A program made the position numbers and the translations under genes. From the NCBI GenBank assembly GCA_965112155.1, contig OZ218104.1: a stretch of 64,000 bases of DNA; one strand, 5' to 3'. The notes beneath the pieces are model-generated. The model worked only from the letters and a program-made list of their open reading frames with translations. It was not told where the DNA came from and searched no databases. The DNA is from Podarcis liolepis. Its lineage: Eukaryota. This document shows positions 13,390 through 25,335 of the stretch, one piece after another (the stretch's first letter is position 1; the number at the start of each line of letters is the position of its first letter).

Positions 13390-13530
13390 CTGGCCCAATC
13401 GCCTTCTAAATTCGGCCCACGGACGGTCCGGGAATCAGTGTATTTTTATATGAGTAGAATGTGCCGTTTTATTTAAAATGTATCTCTGGGTTATTTGTGG
13501 GGCCTGTCTGTTGTTTTTACATGAGTACTG
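13390..13530. mobile_element. hAT-Charlie-type MITE fragment
   Basis: GGCCCAATCGCCTTCT..CGGCCCACGGACGGTCCGGGAATCAG..ATGAGTAGAATGTG..CTCTGGGTTATTTGTGGGGC, recognised from recall of lizard hAT MITEs; termini missing. Confidence 0.5.
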
Positions 13531-14673
13531 CTGAATCAATTGGTTTTTCTGTTTATGGATGTTTGGATTCACTGGTAAACAGCAGGTATTCCTGGGAAGA
13601 GTGGTGGGACAAATAAAAGAAAATACACAGACTCATGCCTAGAAAGCATAGGGCAAGCAGAAAACCACTTGGACTCATGCTTTCTAGGCACAGGACAAAT
13701 GTGGATGAGCCCAAGCACCATAAAAATGCTCAGAATCATGGTGTTCTGAGCTCTCTAGTTTTACACACAAGGCACTGCTTACGTTTGGATGTATATACAC
13801 CATACACATAAAGTATATTTAAATCCCAGATCCCTGCAGAGAGCTATTATCCCAGCACCCTGAACAAATTACATTTCCTGGGATTCTTTTGGGGAAATAA
13901 TGTGCTATAAATGGACTTTAAATGATCTTGTGTTTGCGAGGGGGGAAATTTCTACGCCAGGGTAAGGGAAACTTTGGAACCGTATTCTATTTCTTATGGG
14001 ATATAGATATTCTGGGACAGGCAGAGAGCAACTTTGCAAAGAGACTTGTGGCAATCATAATAACTTCTTAGAATAAGCGGCATCTGGCCATCCAAGATTT
14101 ATAGATACAGTATGTGCTGACAGTTGGGCCAGATCATAAGCAGTCAAACACAGGTAATATTGCTTTCCCATTATTACCCTCATGCATTTCATATCTATGT
14201 TGCATTTAATTTCTTCAAAAGAGGAAACATTAGCAAAGTGGTTGATGGGTCTGTAAGTGATTGAAAGCTGGGCACAGAGAAATGTATTGGATTACATATT
14301 TCTCTGCAAAACCCGCCAGCAATTAATTTAAATCATTTCCCTAAATCAAAATAAGTAGAGCTTTTGGCAACCTTTGAAGTTTAGTAAGTGTTTAGACGGT
14401 CCATAAAGCTCTCTGAAGTGCCTCCCACCTCATTTAAAAGGGGGTGGAACTAGGAGCAGGCTGTGCAGGGGGGAGGAAGGATTTGGGGTGAGCTGTGAGG
14501 GAAGAGGGTGGGGCAATTTGTAAGGGGGTAGGTGAGGGGCGGGTGAGATGTAAAGCGAGAGGGGGTGGGGCAGGTTTAAGGGAAAAAGCAGCTGGCCAGG
14601 AGTGGGGGAAGAGGTGATAGCAAAGGGGCCAGTGAAAGGCAGGCTTGATGAGTGGAGCAAGTAGGGATGACAG

Positions 14674-14676
<3 letters not shown>

Positions 14677-14725
<49 letters not shown>
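14677..14725. repeat. (TG)n microsatellite
   Basis: About 24 perfect units. A compound (GT)n(GA)n lies at 15349-15409 and (CT)n at 6947-6983. Confidence 0.95.
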
Positions 14726-14727
<2 letters not shown>

Positions 14728-14787
14728 TTGTGTATCAATAGATATAGATAGAGAAAGCAATATTGGACATGGGCTAAGAAGACTTGG

Positions 14788-15136
14788 GGGACCAGGGTGG
14801 CGCTGTGGGTTAAACCACAGAGCCTAGGACTTGCCGATCAGAAGGTCAGCGGTTTGAATCCCCGCAGCGGGGTGAGCTCCCGTTGCTCGGTCCCTGCTCC
14901 TGCCAACCTAGCAGTTCGAAAGCATGTCAAAGTGCAAGTAGATAAATAAGTACCGCTCCAGCGGGAAGGTAAACTCCATTTCCGTGCGCTGCTCTGGTTC
15001 GCCAGAAGTGGCTTAGTCATGCTGGCCACATGACCCAGAAGCTGTATACCAGCTCCCCCGGCCAATAAAGCGAGATGAGTGCCGCAACCCGAGTCTGTCA
15101 TGACTGGACCTAATGGTCAGGGTTCCCTTTACCTTT
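14788..15136 (+). mobile_element. Sauria/Squam1-type SINE, full length
   Basis: Head GGGACCAGGGTGGCGCTGTGGGTTAAACC, B-box GGTTTGAATCC, ACCTTT tail; TSD TAAGAAGAC(C)TTGG. Confidence 0.9.
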
Positions 15137-15378
15137 TAAGAAGACCTTGGATTCAGGTGTCTGCCTACACATGGTCTCTCTGGTTAAGCCTTGAGTAAGT
15201 CATTCTTTTTCAGCCAAGTCTGCCTCTAAGGGTTAATGCTATATATGCAAAAAAGCAGCCTGAGATATTTGAAAGAAGAGCAAGTTAAAACAAATGAATC
15301 CTAAGATACAATATTTTAAAGTTTTCACTACATTGGCCATGCTTTGCAGTGTGTGTGTGTGTGTGTGTCTGTGTGAGT

Positions 15379-15409
<31 letters not shown>

Positions 15410-16020
15410 TCAAACTTTTCCCTTTTCCTAGCTTATTTATACATGCCAGCAACTGAAAACCGAATATTTTCTGATATCTGGAATTCACAGCATGTCTTGC
15501 TGCTAAATTGCCACCTTAAACCTCCCCCCTCCCCATTTACCTTCACTGAAAATGCATATTACATCAAAGTGATAGACACATGCAGAAAGAAATGTCTATC
15601 AACAGTGACGATTTCATTGGGAAGTTTGTAAAGTGTAACCCATTTAAAGTGACTTTGATTCTGGACAGTTCTAGACAGATGCCACCAGAATCCCAAGACT
15701 CTAGCACATATTTGAGAGAAATTAGGTTGCCCAAAACATTTTGCATATTTGCCCTACCTGGAGATGCCAGGATTTCAACATGGGACCTTTTGCTTGCACA
15801 GCATGTGCTCTACCCCAAAGCCACAACCTTTCTTCTTGAATCAACTATAGGAGGCTGCAAAGCTGCCTGCTGCTGGGCTGGGGAACCAATTCGTATCACA
15901 GCAAAGAATCCTGGGAACTGTAGTTCATTAAGGGTACTGAGAGTTGTTAGGAGAAGCCTCAGACAGAGCTAAAGTTGTCAGAAGTTTAACAGTCAACCCC
16001 TCTTCCCAGGGAGTTCTGGA

Positions 16021-16500
16021 ATGGAGCAACTCCCTTATGACAAAAGCAGGAGGCATTTGGGACTTTTTGCTTTAGAGGAAAACTAAGTGAGAGATGACAT
16101 GAAAGTTTATCAAATTATGCAATGCATGGGAAAGAGAGAGAGAGAGGTTTTCCTCCCTCTTGTATAACACTAGAACTCATGGGCATCAATGAAGCTGAAT
16201 GATGGAAGATTCAGGACAAATAAAAGAGAATCCTTCTTCATGAAACACATGGTTAAACTATGGAACTCACTCCCACAGGAGGCAGTAATGGCTACCAACT
16301 TGGATGGCTTTAAATGAGGATTGGACACATTCATGGAGGAAAGAGCTATCAATGGCTACTAGTTACAATGGCTGTGCATTATCTCCATTGTCAGTGGCAA
16401 CAAGGCTTCTGAATACCAGCTGCTAGAAGCCACAGGAGGGGAGAGTGCTCTTGCGCTTGGGTCTTGCTTGCAGGTTTCCTACATGTATCTGGTTGGTCAC
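16021..16500 (+). mobile_element. CR1 LINE 3' fragment
   Basis: GGAAGATTCAGGACAAATAAAAG..AAACTATGGAACTCACTCCCACAGGAGGCAGT..TTGGATGGCTTTAAA; colinear with the other CR1 copies. Confidence 0.8.
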
Positions 16501-17039
16501 ATTTCAGTCCAGCATCTTGATTCAAAATGGCACCCAGCACCCAGGTGGTGACGAAGTCTGCCACTCGCAACTTGGGAACCTTTGTGCCGAGTTTGGCAAC
16601 CAAGAGAGGCGACCCAAATCTATGTCCCCAAATTGGTGGTGTCACACCAAAGTCATGTTTTGATCCACCATCTTAATTCAAAATGGTGCTCAGCATCTGA
16701 ACATCAACAACGTCTGCTGCCCTCACCTTGGAAAGACTCATGTCAAGTTCGGAGATATGTCAAGAGGCATTTGAACTTGCCTAGAGAGAACAGACAGACA
16801 AACCACTTTCCAAAATTTATAGTACATGCAGGAACAGGTTTTGGCGTGCAATGCTACTAGAAGTTTGCAAGCAACACCTAACCTATTTTCTCTTTTGACT
16901 CAGAGAAACTCCTGCATCCTTCATGTGTTAGCAGATGGCTTTTGCATTTAGCTCTTTGTGGACAACTGCTTCTTTTGTTTTGTATAACTATGGTTCTTCC
17001 TAACTATTTGCTATTTTGATTCCTCCTAAGCTGCATAGA

Positions 17040-17390
17040 GGGACACAGGTGGCGCTGTGGGTTAAACCACAGAGCCTAGGACTTGCCAATCAGAAGGTTG
17101 GTGGTTCGAATCCCCGCGATGGGGTGAGTTCCTGTTGCTCAGTCCCTGCTCCTGCCAACCTAGCAGTTTGAAAGCACGTCAAAGTGCAAGTAGATAAATA
17201 GGTACCGCTCCGGCAGGAAGGTAAACGGCATTTCTGTGCGCTGCTCTGGTTTGCCAGAAGCAGCTTAGTAATGCTGGCCACATGACCTGGAAGCTGTATG
17301 CCGGCTCCCTCGGCCAATAAAGCAAGATGAGGGCCACAACCCCAGTCGGCCACGACTGGACCTAATGGTCAGGGGTCCCTTTACCTTTTT
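17040..17390 (+). mobile_element. Sauria/Squam1-type SINE, full length
   Basis: Near-identical to 14788-15136; B-box GGTTCGAATCC; 13-bp TSD TAAGCT(G/C)CATAGA. Confidence 0.92.
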
Positions 17391-18564
17391 TAAGCTCCAT
17401 AGAACCCAAACGTTCATGGGTTACACAAAGGCACAATGTCCAAAATTGGGTTTATCCATCACCATTGTGACAGGGGCATGTCTCTTGCCTTGCAAGCAAA
17501 TGCTTAATTTTCTGTTCCAAAAAGTCCAGTGCTAAAAACCATATATTGTGGGAGTATTTAATGTAAGGTATTTTTTGTGCTGTTTTATGCTTTAGAAGCT
17601 GCCACAAACTTTCAGATAATGGCAGGGTATGACTTTTTTTAGAAATAAAAAATAAAAAAATAATTTCAGTTGACTTCCCCACCCCCAAGATGGAAAATTA
17701 AAAGGAGACCACGGAGGAACTCAGGAGACCTCCAACACTGTTAATAAGTCCTTTCAGAAGCCTAATTCTTTCCAGATACAAATTGTGCAATTATTTGGAA
17801 TGTTTAAACAAGCTAAGACCCTTACAAATGATACGCCATCGTTTACAACAGTGTTAATGCAAAATGATTTATATGTTGCCAACAACAAAGAACAGTTGCG
17901 GAGACGGAATCAGTTCATATGTGCAAAGGATTATTGGAAGGTCTGCCAGCCAATTAAATATCTCTTAGCCAATTAAACGTTTGGCTTTCAACTGATTCAT
18001 TGTGTGATAGGTTCAGGAGTGGGGGGAGGGGTCTTCAACCCTCAGTACATTGCTGGACTACAACTCCCATCAGTCCTGTCCAATGGCCACACAGCAGAAG
18101 CTGGTGGGATATGGATTCCAACAACATCTGAAGGGCCACCCTTTACACTGCAATCCTATCTACTCAGAAGTAAGTCCTACTGAGTTTGAATAGGGCTTAA
18201 TCTTCCTGGGTTCTGTCCAGGGTAGATCCACTGAAATTAATTTAGACCCGTTAATTTCAATGGGTCTACTCTAAGTAGAACTCAAGTCACATCCACCCCA
18301 TACATTTTAAGCACAGGGCTTCCCCCAAAGAATCTTGGCAACTGTCTTTTGTTAAGGGTGCTAAGAATTGTAGCACTATGGGCATAAATACAGTTCCCAG
18401 GACTTTTTGGGGGGGAAGCCGTGTGTTTTAAATGTATATTATAACACACACACCCTGCCTGCAATTAAGATTGTCGTCTTAATTTCCACACAATAACATC
18501 TTGCAATACTTGAATGAAGTGACTTTGGTGGCAGAGAAGGGATTGTGAAAGAAAGTGTTTCAAA

Positions 18565-18711
18565 NNNNNNNNNNNNNNNNNNNNNNNNNNNNNNNNNNNN
18601 NNNNNNNNNNNNNNNNNNNNNNNNNNNNNNNNNNNNNNNNNNNNNNNNNNNNNNNNNNNNNNNNNNNNNNNNNNNNNNNNNNNNNNNNNNNNNNNNNNNN
18701 NNNNNNNNNNN
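18565..18711. other. Assembly gap
   Basis: Run of N. Confidence 1.
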
Positions 18712-18714
18712 ACT

Positions 18715-18915
18715 TATTTATTACACTGATATACCAGCTTTATCTTCCAAGGATCTCAAGGTAGCATACAAGCTTCTCCTCCTCCCAATTTCATTCTCAC
18801 AACAACCCTGTGAGGTAGGCTAGCCTGAGAGATGGTGACTAGTACAAGGTCGCCCAGTGAGCTTCATGGCTGAGTGGGGATTTGAACCCTAGTCTCCAAG
18901 GTCCCAGTCTAACCA
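18715..18915 (-). mobile_element. MIR-core/Squam3-like tRNA SINE
   Basis: ACAACAACCCTGTGAGGTAGG..CAAGGTCGCCCAGTGAGCTTCATGGCTGAGTGGGGATTTGAACC; reverse complement of the copies at 21534 and 25119. Confidence 0.7.
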
Positions 18916-19257
18916 GAAGGAAGATTGAGGAGGAGGTGGTACATGACCAGCTCTGGCCTTTTTCCATTTCCAAATTTAAAACATTTTCTGAGACAACTGA
19001 AACCAAGAGTGCCATGTTTCTGTTCTCCAAATCAGCTATGATTTTTAAAATATACCTACTTACTAATACTGGCAGAGATGTGGGACAAAGCTGGAGGATC
19101 CTTGGAGAGGGCATTCTTGGTGATAAGTTCGGGATCTCCCACCTCACAGATCTGTGTCTTGTATCTTCATTATACAGCTTTCGGCAAATGCAGATGGGGG
19201 GTTGGCTGAGGTTAGTGGGGCAGTGCTGCATTTCCCCTGTTGGTCCAGCTTCTACTA

Positions 19258-19408
19258 CAGTGGTACCTTGGGTTAAGAACTTAATTCATTCTGGAGGTCC
19301 GTTCTTAACCTGAAACTGTTCTTAACCTGAGGTACTATTTCTGGGTTAGTGGAGTCTGTAACCTGAAGCGTTTGTAACCTGAAGCATCTGTAACCCAAGG
19401 TACCACTG
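19258..19408. mobile_element. Tigger-like MITE, internally deleted (151 bp)
   Basis: TIR CAGTGGTACCTTGGGTTA at both ends, TA TSD; lacks about 91 bp relative to 55725-55966. Confidence 0.9.
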
Positions 19409-21533
19409 TATTTAGAGGTCTCATCCTCCTCAGAGTTTGGTTGGGACCTCTTCTGCTTCTAAATATGATTTGTACTTCTGCTAACCCTGGAGTGCCTCCA
19501 AGCTTTTTGCTGCCTCCATCTTGTCAGCGGATGGTGCTATTTTGTCTACACAAAGAACCCAGTTGGAGAACTGAGTTGGCTATTTGCATATCACAAGAGA
19601 ATCCAACATGGCGCTTTCCGGTTGTTGTTGGACTCTAGCTCAGCCCCAGCTCAGCTGATCAACTATCAAGGGCAACATCTGGAAGGCACCATATTGGCTG
19701 CCCTGGAACATAAGATCATGTGATACAATGCCTTCTTTTTTTATCTTGACCTCTGGCAAGGCAAGGCGGGGGGGGGGGAGTGTGGGTCTCTCTAACAGTT
19801 ACACGTTTAGTATACTGAAACTAAACACTCTTAAAAGAGTCTCCTGTTTTGACACAAATAGTACAAAAGCTGTCGCACTGTAAACGCCTGCCACCTTTAA
19901 CATTATGCAAAAACAGTTTCGGCACTTAACAATGCATTTATATTGAATTCAGTGCAACTTTTTAAGAAAATGTGCAAAAATAATTAGGTTCACTTTATTA
20001 GTTGTAAATGTTAAGCCACCTTCTACCGGGAGATCTTCCTGTCCTGCCGTTTCATATTCACCCTAGGCACAATGGGCATTTTGAAAGCATAAATCAAGTA
20101 CTGTCTCACTTAATATCATAGGCAACCCATCAAGCAGAAGCCAGGAGCAGGGAGGTCTGTTGCTCCCCAGGCAGGAAACTCTTGTAATCTTCCTGGTCAG
20201 GGGAACATAAGAAGAGCCTGCTTCAGTCTAGCATTCTGTTCTCACAGTGGTCAACCAGAGGACAGTGGGAAAACAGCAAGCAGCATTTGAGCATGAGAGC
20301 ACTCTCCCATCCTGTGGTATTCAGAAGCATTGTAGCCTCCAACTATGAAGGCAGAGCATACCCATTATGGCTAGTAACCACTATGGGGCCACTGCAGCTC
20401 ATGAACCTTTTATTGCACAAGGACTGCTCTGTCCAGGCGGTCCAGAGGGCAGAATGTGGGCTTCCAGGTCTCTCTGTCTGACCTTCAGGACTCTCTGTAG
20501 TTTATCAAGGGTGCTGAGAGTTATTAGGAAAACCAACCTTAGAAGGTTCCCTCTGAGGATGCTCAAGGTTCCCCCACTGCGGCTCTGCCCTGTAACCCCC
20601 ACACAGGGTGACAGTGAAGCAATGCAAAAGTCCCTGGCCTTGCGTTCTAATAAATACAGCTGGACATGATGAAAATGGGAGGTGCAGGTCAAATCACACC
20701 GTAAATTTTTCATGCAGTAAAATGCTGCAAGTGGCAGAATGGACTCTACCATTACTGTGGGGAGGAGGGGCATCACATTTTTAAGATGCTCTAATATTTA
20801 ACCCACTGCAAGTAGAAGCACAAGAGTGGATTTGGCTGGGGACGGATTTGACTATTATATTCCATCCCAAAGTGCAAGGGTTTTTTGGTTTAGTTTTAAT
20901 TTGCAGTGAGCAATCAGTGCACTGCCCATTTGCTTCATTTGACAGGATTGCACCTCACATCCAATTCAGATCATAATCTACTGCAAATGCCAAATGCTGT
21001 TTGGGGTGGTGGAGTTTCCCCCAGAGCAGCCGGAAGCCCAGCGCTCCAATGTTACAATCAACAGGGACTAATAGCCACCTCCTAAACTGCTATCATAGAT
21101 GTTTTTTTCGACATTTGTATGTCTGCATCATGCTTTTAATCATCATCATCACCATCGTCATCATCCTCCCAAGTTTACTTTGTGAGGTGAGACATGCACA
21201 AGCCTCAGATAATGTCTTTCATCTGGGATTTGATTTCCAGCAATTGCATTGTATATATGCGGGGGCAGGGGGGAGAGATGCCATTTCAGGTTGTGATTTG
21301 AAGGTCCACTGCAGCTTTGATCCACCAATTAAATTAAGCTATGTAGCAGTGGCTCAGGAACACCTGGCCGGCATCTATGAGGAGGAAGAGATGGAGGATT
21401 TCCCATCTGACGTTACTGCTCCTTGCAGACTTTCAAAGAACAAGAAGCAGCCTCAGATATGGCAAGCAAAATGATGCCCACTTCAGATTTTGCAGAACAG
21501 AGCTATGTTTAAAGCAAATAGAGGGTTGCATCC

Positions 21534-21745
21534 AGAGCCAGTATGGGTTTGTGGTTAAACTTGGGAGATACCAAAGTTCAAATCCCCACTCAGCCATGAA
21601 GTTTACCTTGGGCCAGTCACCGCCACTCAGCCTAACCTGCCTCACAGGGTTGTTGTGAGGATTAAATGGGGAGCCAAGAGAACCACGTGTAACACCTTGA
21701 GCTCCTTGGAAGAAAGATGGGTGGCAAATGCAGTAAACAAACTAA
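21534..21745 (+). mobile_element. MIR-core/Squam3-like tRNA SINE
   Basis: GAGCCAGTATGG..GTTCAAATCCCCACTCAGCCATGAAG..CCTTGGGCCAGTCAC..CCTCACAGGGTTGTTGTGAGGATTAAATG. Confidence 0.7.
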
Positions 21746-22654
21746 GTAAGCGGACCCACTGAAATTAATGGACCCAAGGTAGTCATGTCCATGAGCTTCA
21801 ATGAGTCCACTCTGAGTAGGACTATCATTGGATGTCACCCAGAAGTGAACTGTTTCTGGACTGCTGAAGGCAGAAATGAGTGTCCATAGATGTTTCCAGC
21901 CTTCCTACCTGCAGAGAATGCTTCCCCCATTCGCTTGACTTGGCAGGGTCCTGCATCTCAGCTGAGGAATCCCACAGTCAACCAAAGACATTATGCTACT
22001 GAGGAGAAGACAGTGCTGTCTCCACACCTCAACCCACATCGTATCCTGATGCCAGCTATACTGGCAGCTGGATCTTTCTTCAACATTGATTAGAGAATAG
22101 TTTCCTCAGTCCTACTTTTCGGAGTGCAGGGCATGTAATGTGGCATACACAGCTTTGTCTTCCAGCAAAGCAGAATGCTCTGCGACCTCAAAAGGAACAC
22201 CCAGAGGGCCTGGTCACTGCTGGCCCTTTACGATACATCAGCACCTGCTGCCTGAGGCAGCCACCTCACTCTGCCCAATGGTAGAGTTGGCTTGACCCTG
22301 AGGAATCATTTCACATTCCAGAGGATTCTGGGAGATGTTTTGTGCATGCACACCCAGGACTGTATTTGATTTGATTCATCCTCAGAGTTGTCCCTCTGTT
22401 TAAACAGAGTTGTTTAAAGCAGATTTAAAGAGCATGGGATTTAAAGAATCCTGGGAACTGTAGTTTATTTGGTGTGCTGGGTACTGTGGGAATAAACTAC
22501 AGTTCCCATAATTCTTTGGGGGAAGCTATATGCTATAAAGATATAGGGTATATATGGCCCCAGAGTAGGATCTACTCTGAATGTGACTAGTGCTGGATAC
22601 AACCCGAAGACATTAATTTGTAATTAGTTAACTAATATGTCACCTTTCTCCAGG

Positions 22655-22725
22655 GGGCATAGCTGGGATTTCCATCATGGTCTCCCATCCATGCATTGAC
22701 TGGATCCAGGCCTGCTTAGCTTCAT
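22655..22725 (-). mobile_element. 5S rRNA-derived fragment (SINE3-type head or 5S pseudogene)
   Basis: The reverse complement GAAGCTAAGCAGG..GGATGGGAGACC matches the 5S internal control region (A box and C box). Weaker relatives near 49140-49190 and 50600-50650. Confidence 0.6.
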
Positions 22726-25118
22726 CTGTCTAGTTGTATGGTGTGCCCTTGGAGTATGTAACAGGATCAATAAGCTCAAGTATGCTGGACTGTGGTCTTT
22801 GACCAAGAACACGTTTCCTGTATGATGCCAGACATCTTCTCGGTTATATTTACTGTTCTGCTTCTCCAAACACATCTTTTTAAAAATGTGCTGGGATTCT
22901 ATTTTAACTCTAAAACACCTGAAAGCATTCTAAAAACATGCCAGGGTGTAAAAAAACAAAAACCCAAGCTTAGTGTGATTTACTCCAAAGTGTACACCTT
23001 TAGCATTGCCCCATAACAATCACATATTTTAAAATGCGGACTTTTAAAGCACATATTAACCTGGAGTTGTCCCTTGAGAAATGCCATTTTAGCACTGAAG
23101 AGCACTGTTGTAAATAATCTATGTGCTTCTACTGATTCAGACAATGCATTTAAGATGATCCACTTTGCCTACCCCCCCAACCGTTAACAAATTATTCCTC
23201 TCTGTTATTTAGTCAAAGGAAACTTAGCTTTATTAAATATCCTCACTTAACTATCCTATCCTGTTGACTGCAGCATTGATTTTAATAGAAGCACAGATTG
23301 ATCCATTGGCTAAAAGCATGGCAATCAATTGGCGGGCAAAGCTCCTTAATCAGTGGATGGTCCTGTCTAGGAGGAATATCACGGTTTCCACATAATCAAT
23401 ATTACAAAGTAATAATCATGCTGGCCAAATTAATGAGGGGGGGACACACAAAAGAAAATGAGTTTTGCATCTGTAAACTTAATCAGAACACCTGAAGAGG
23501 CAGCTTACAAAAGCTGAGGCTGCATTGACATTTGTCTCAAAGTTTAATGTTAAATACTCAGAAACACTGTGGTTAATTCTTTAGATGATGCTGAGAATAC
23601 CACCTCTAACCATTCAGGGTGGAAACTGCAGCCAGAGAAAGATGATTTTCTACCACCTGAAGTGGGGCTTTGCACCCTCCGCTCCAACCATTTGATAACA
23701 CATTAATTGACTCTTTTACTTAGAACCCCACCCCAAATTAATTTCTGGATTTGCTAACATACAGACCGCCATTTTCCTTTTTATTTCCACTCTTTGAAAC
23801 GAAGTGTAACAGCTCATGTTACGGCTACAACACCCAGCCTAATTTCTGTGCCTACCTCTACCCCTTCTCCTGCTCTAGGAACCTCTTGCCTGATGAAGAG
23901 TTTTTGGAAAACATGAAAACTTACTTTTGTGACATTTTTTGTTGCTGCTTCTAATAAAAGTATTCCCCAGTTGTGGATTTTGGAGAGCTGTCCCCTTTTA
24001 TGGGCCAGCACAACTAGCAATGCTTCCTATAGTGCATGAGATATTTGTATGGTGGGGAGGACTATGCTATGCTTCATAAATCAGCTTTGCTGGATTAGAT
24101 CAAAGTTGCATTTCGTTTGGTGCTCTGCTTCCTCCAGCAGCAAGCCAGATGGAAGCTCCAGGAAGCACAGAAACTGGGCATGGAGGTTACCAACAGCCTT
24201 GCTTCTCCCCAACATATGGAATTCAGGGAAAGGGAATGCCATGAGCTGAGAAATCCACACACAACAGACAACATGGGGGGGGGGCAAACTCCATTTTGCA
24301 GGGGAGGTTGGAAACTTCCCTCCTGGCAAAAAAGGACATCATAAAAACCTGGGTAACCTGACCTCTTCATCAGGCAAAGTGGCGAGGGAAGGAGAATTCT
24401 GATCCCCTTCAAATGATGGTGAGAGTTTTGATACAGGGACCAATGTACCCAGAAGTCTTGATGGAGCTATTAGCACCCGTCTTCTAAGTTGATGTCATTG
24501 CATTGTTAACATCTGCAAGAGGGGTAGGTGGAAGAGATGCAGATGACATGGCACCAAAGGGTGCTGCAAATAGTAATTTTTTTCAAGATCTTAGGGCAAT
24601 GTTTTATGGGCCAGCAAATCTCCCTGAACAGAGCAAAACCTCTCTTGAAGATGAGAGAAGCTTCAGAAACAGTTTGTGAGCTAGCATAGGGATCAGTTTA
24701 TTCAAGAGTAAGCCATACTTACCTGGGAATAAGCCCCATTGAATTAAATGGAACTTCATCTCAATAAACACATATATAATCAGTTAGGCAGACAATAATT
24801 TATTTGGGTAAGCCATAAGCCATAACAGAACAGAAAGGAAAAAACCTCAACCAGAGTTGAGCCACGAATCTTGCTCTTAATTTACTGGCTTAATTTCCAG
24901 AACAAATAAGCAAACATACAAAGTTACATAATTTAAATTATCAAACAGCACGCACACACTATATATATACACACTTGATACACATGATGTCAGTCAACTG
25001 TCTATACCAGAGTTTTGGATTTAGCTGTAACTATCTTAAGTCCATGAGATGTAACTGTGGTTGATTTTTGGCTGAATTATCCCCCATTAATTTAAGAAGC
25101 CTAGCAACATGTAGAATT

Positions 25119-25335
25119 GAGAGCCAGTGTGGTGTAGTGGCTAGAGGGTTGGACTAGGAGCTGGGAGACCAGGGTTCAAATCCTCTCTTGGCCACATGAA
25201 GCTCCCTAGGTGACCTTGGGCCAGTCACTGCCTCTCAGCCTAAACTACCTCACAGGGTTATTGTACATGGTTCTCTCCCTTAATCCCCACATCACCTTGA
25301 ACTCCTTGGAGGAAAACGTGGAATATAAATGACAT
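25119..25335 (+). mobile_element. MIR-core/Squam3-like tRNA SINE
   Basis: GAGAGCCAGTGTGGTGTAGTGG (A box), GGGTTCAAATCC (B box), GTGACCTTGGGCCAGTCAC core. Confidence 0.8.
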
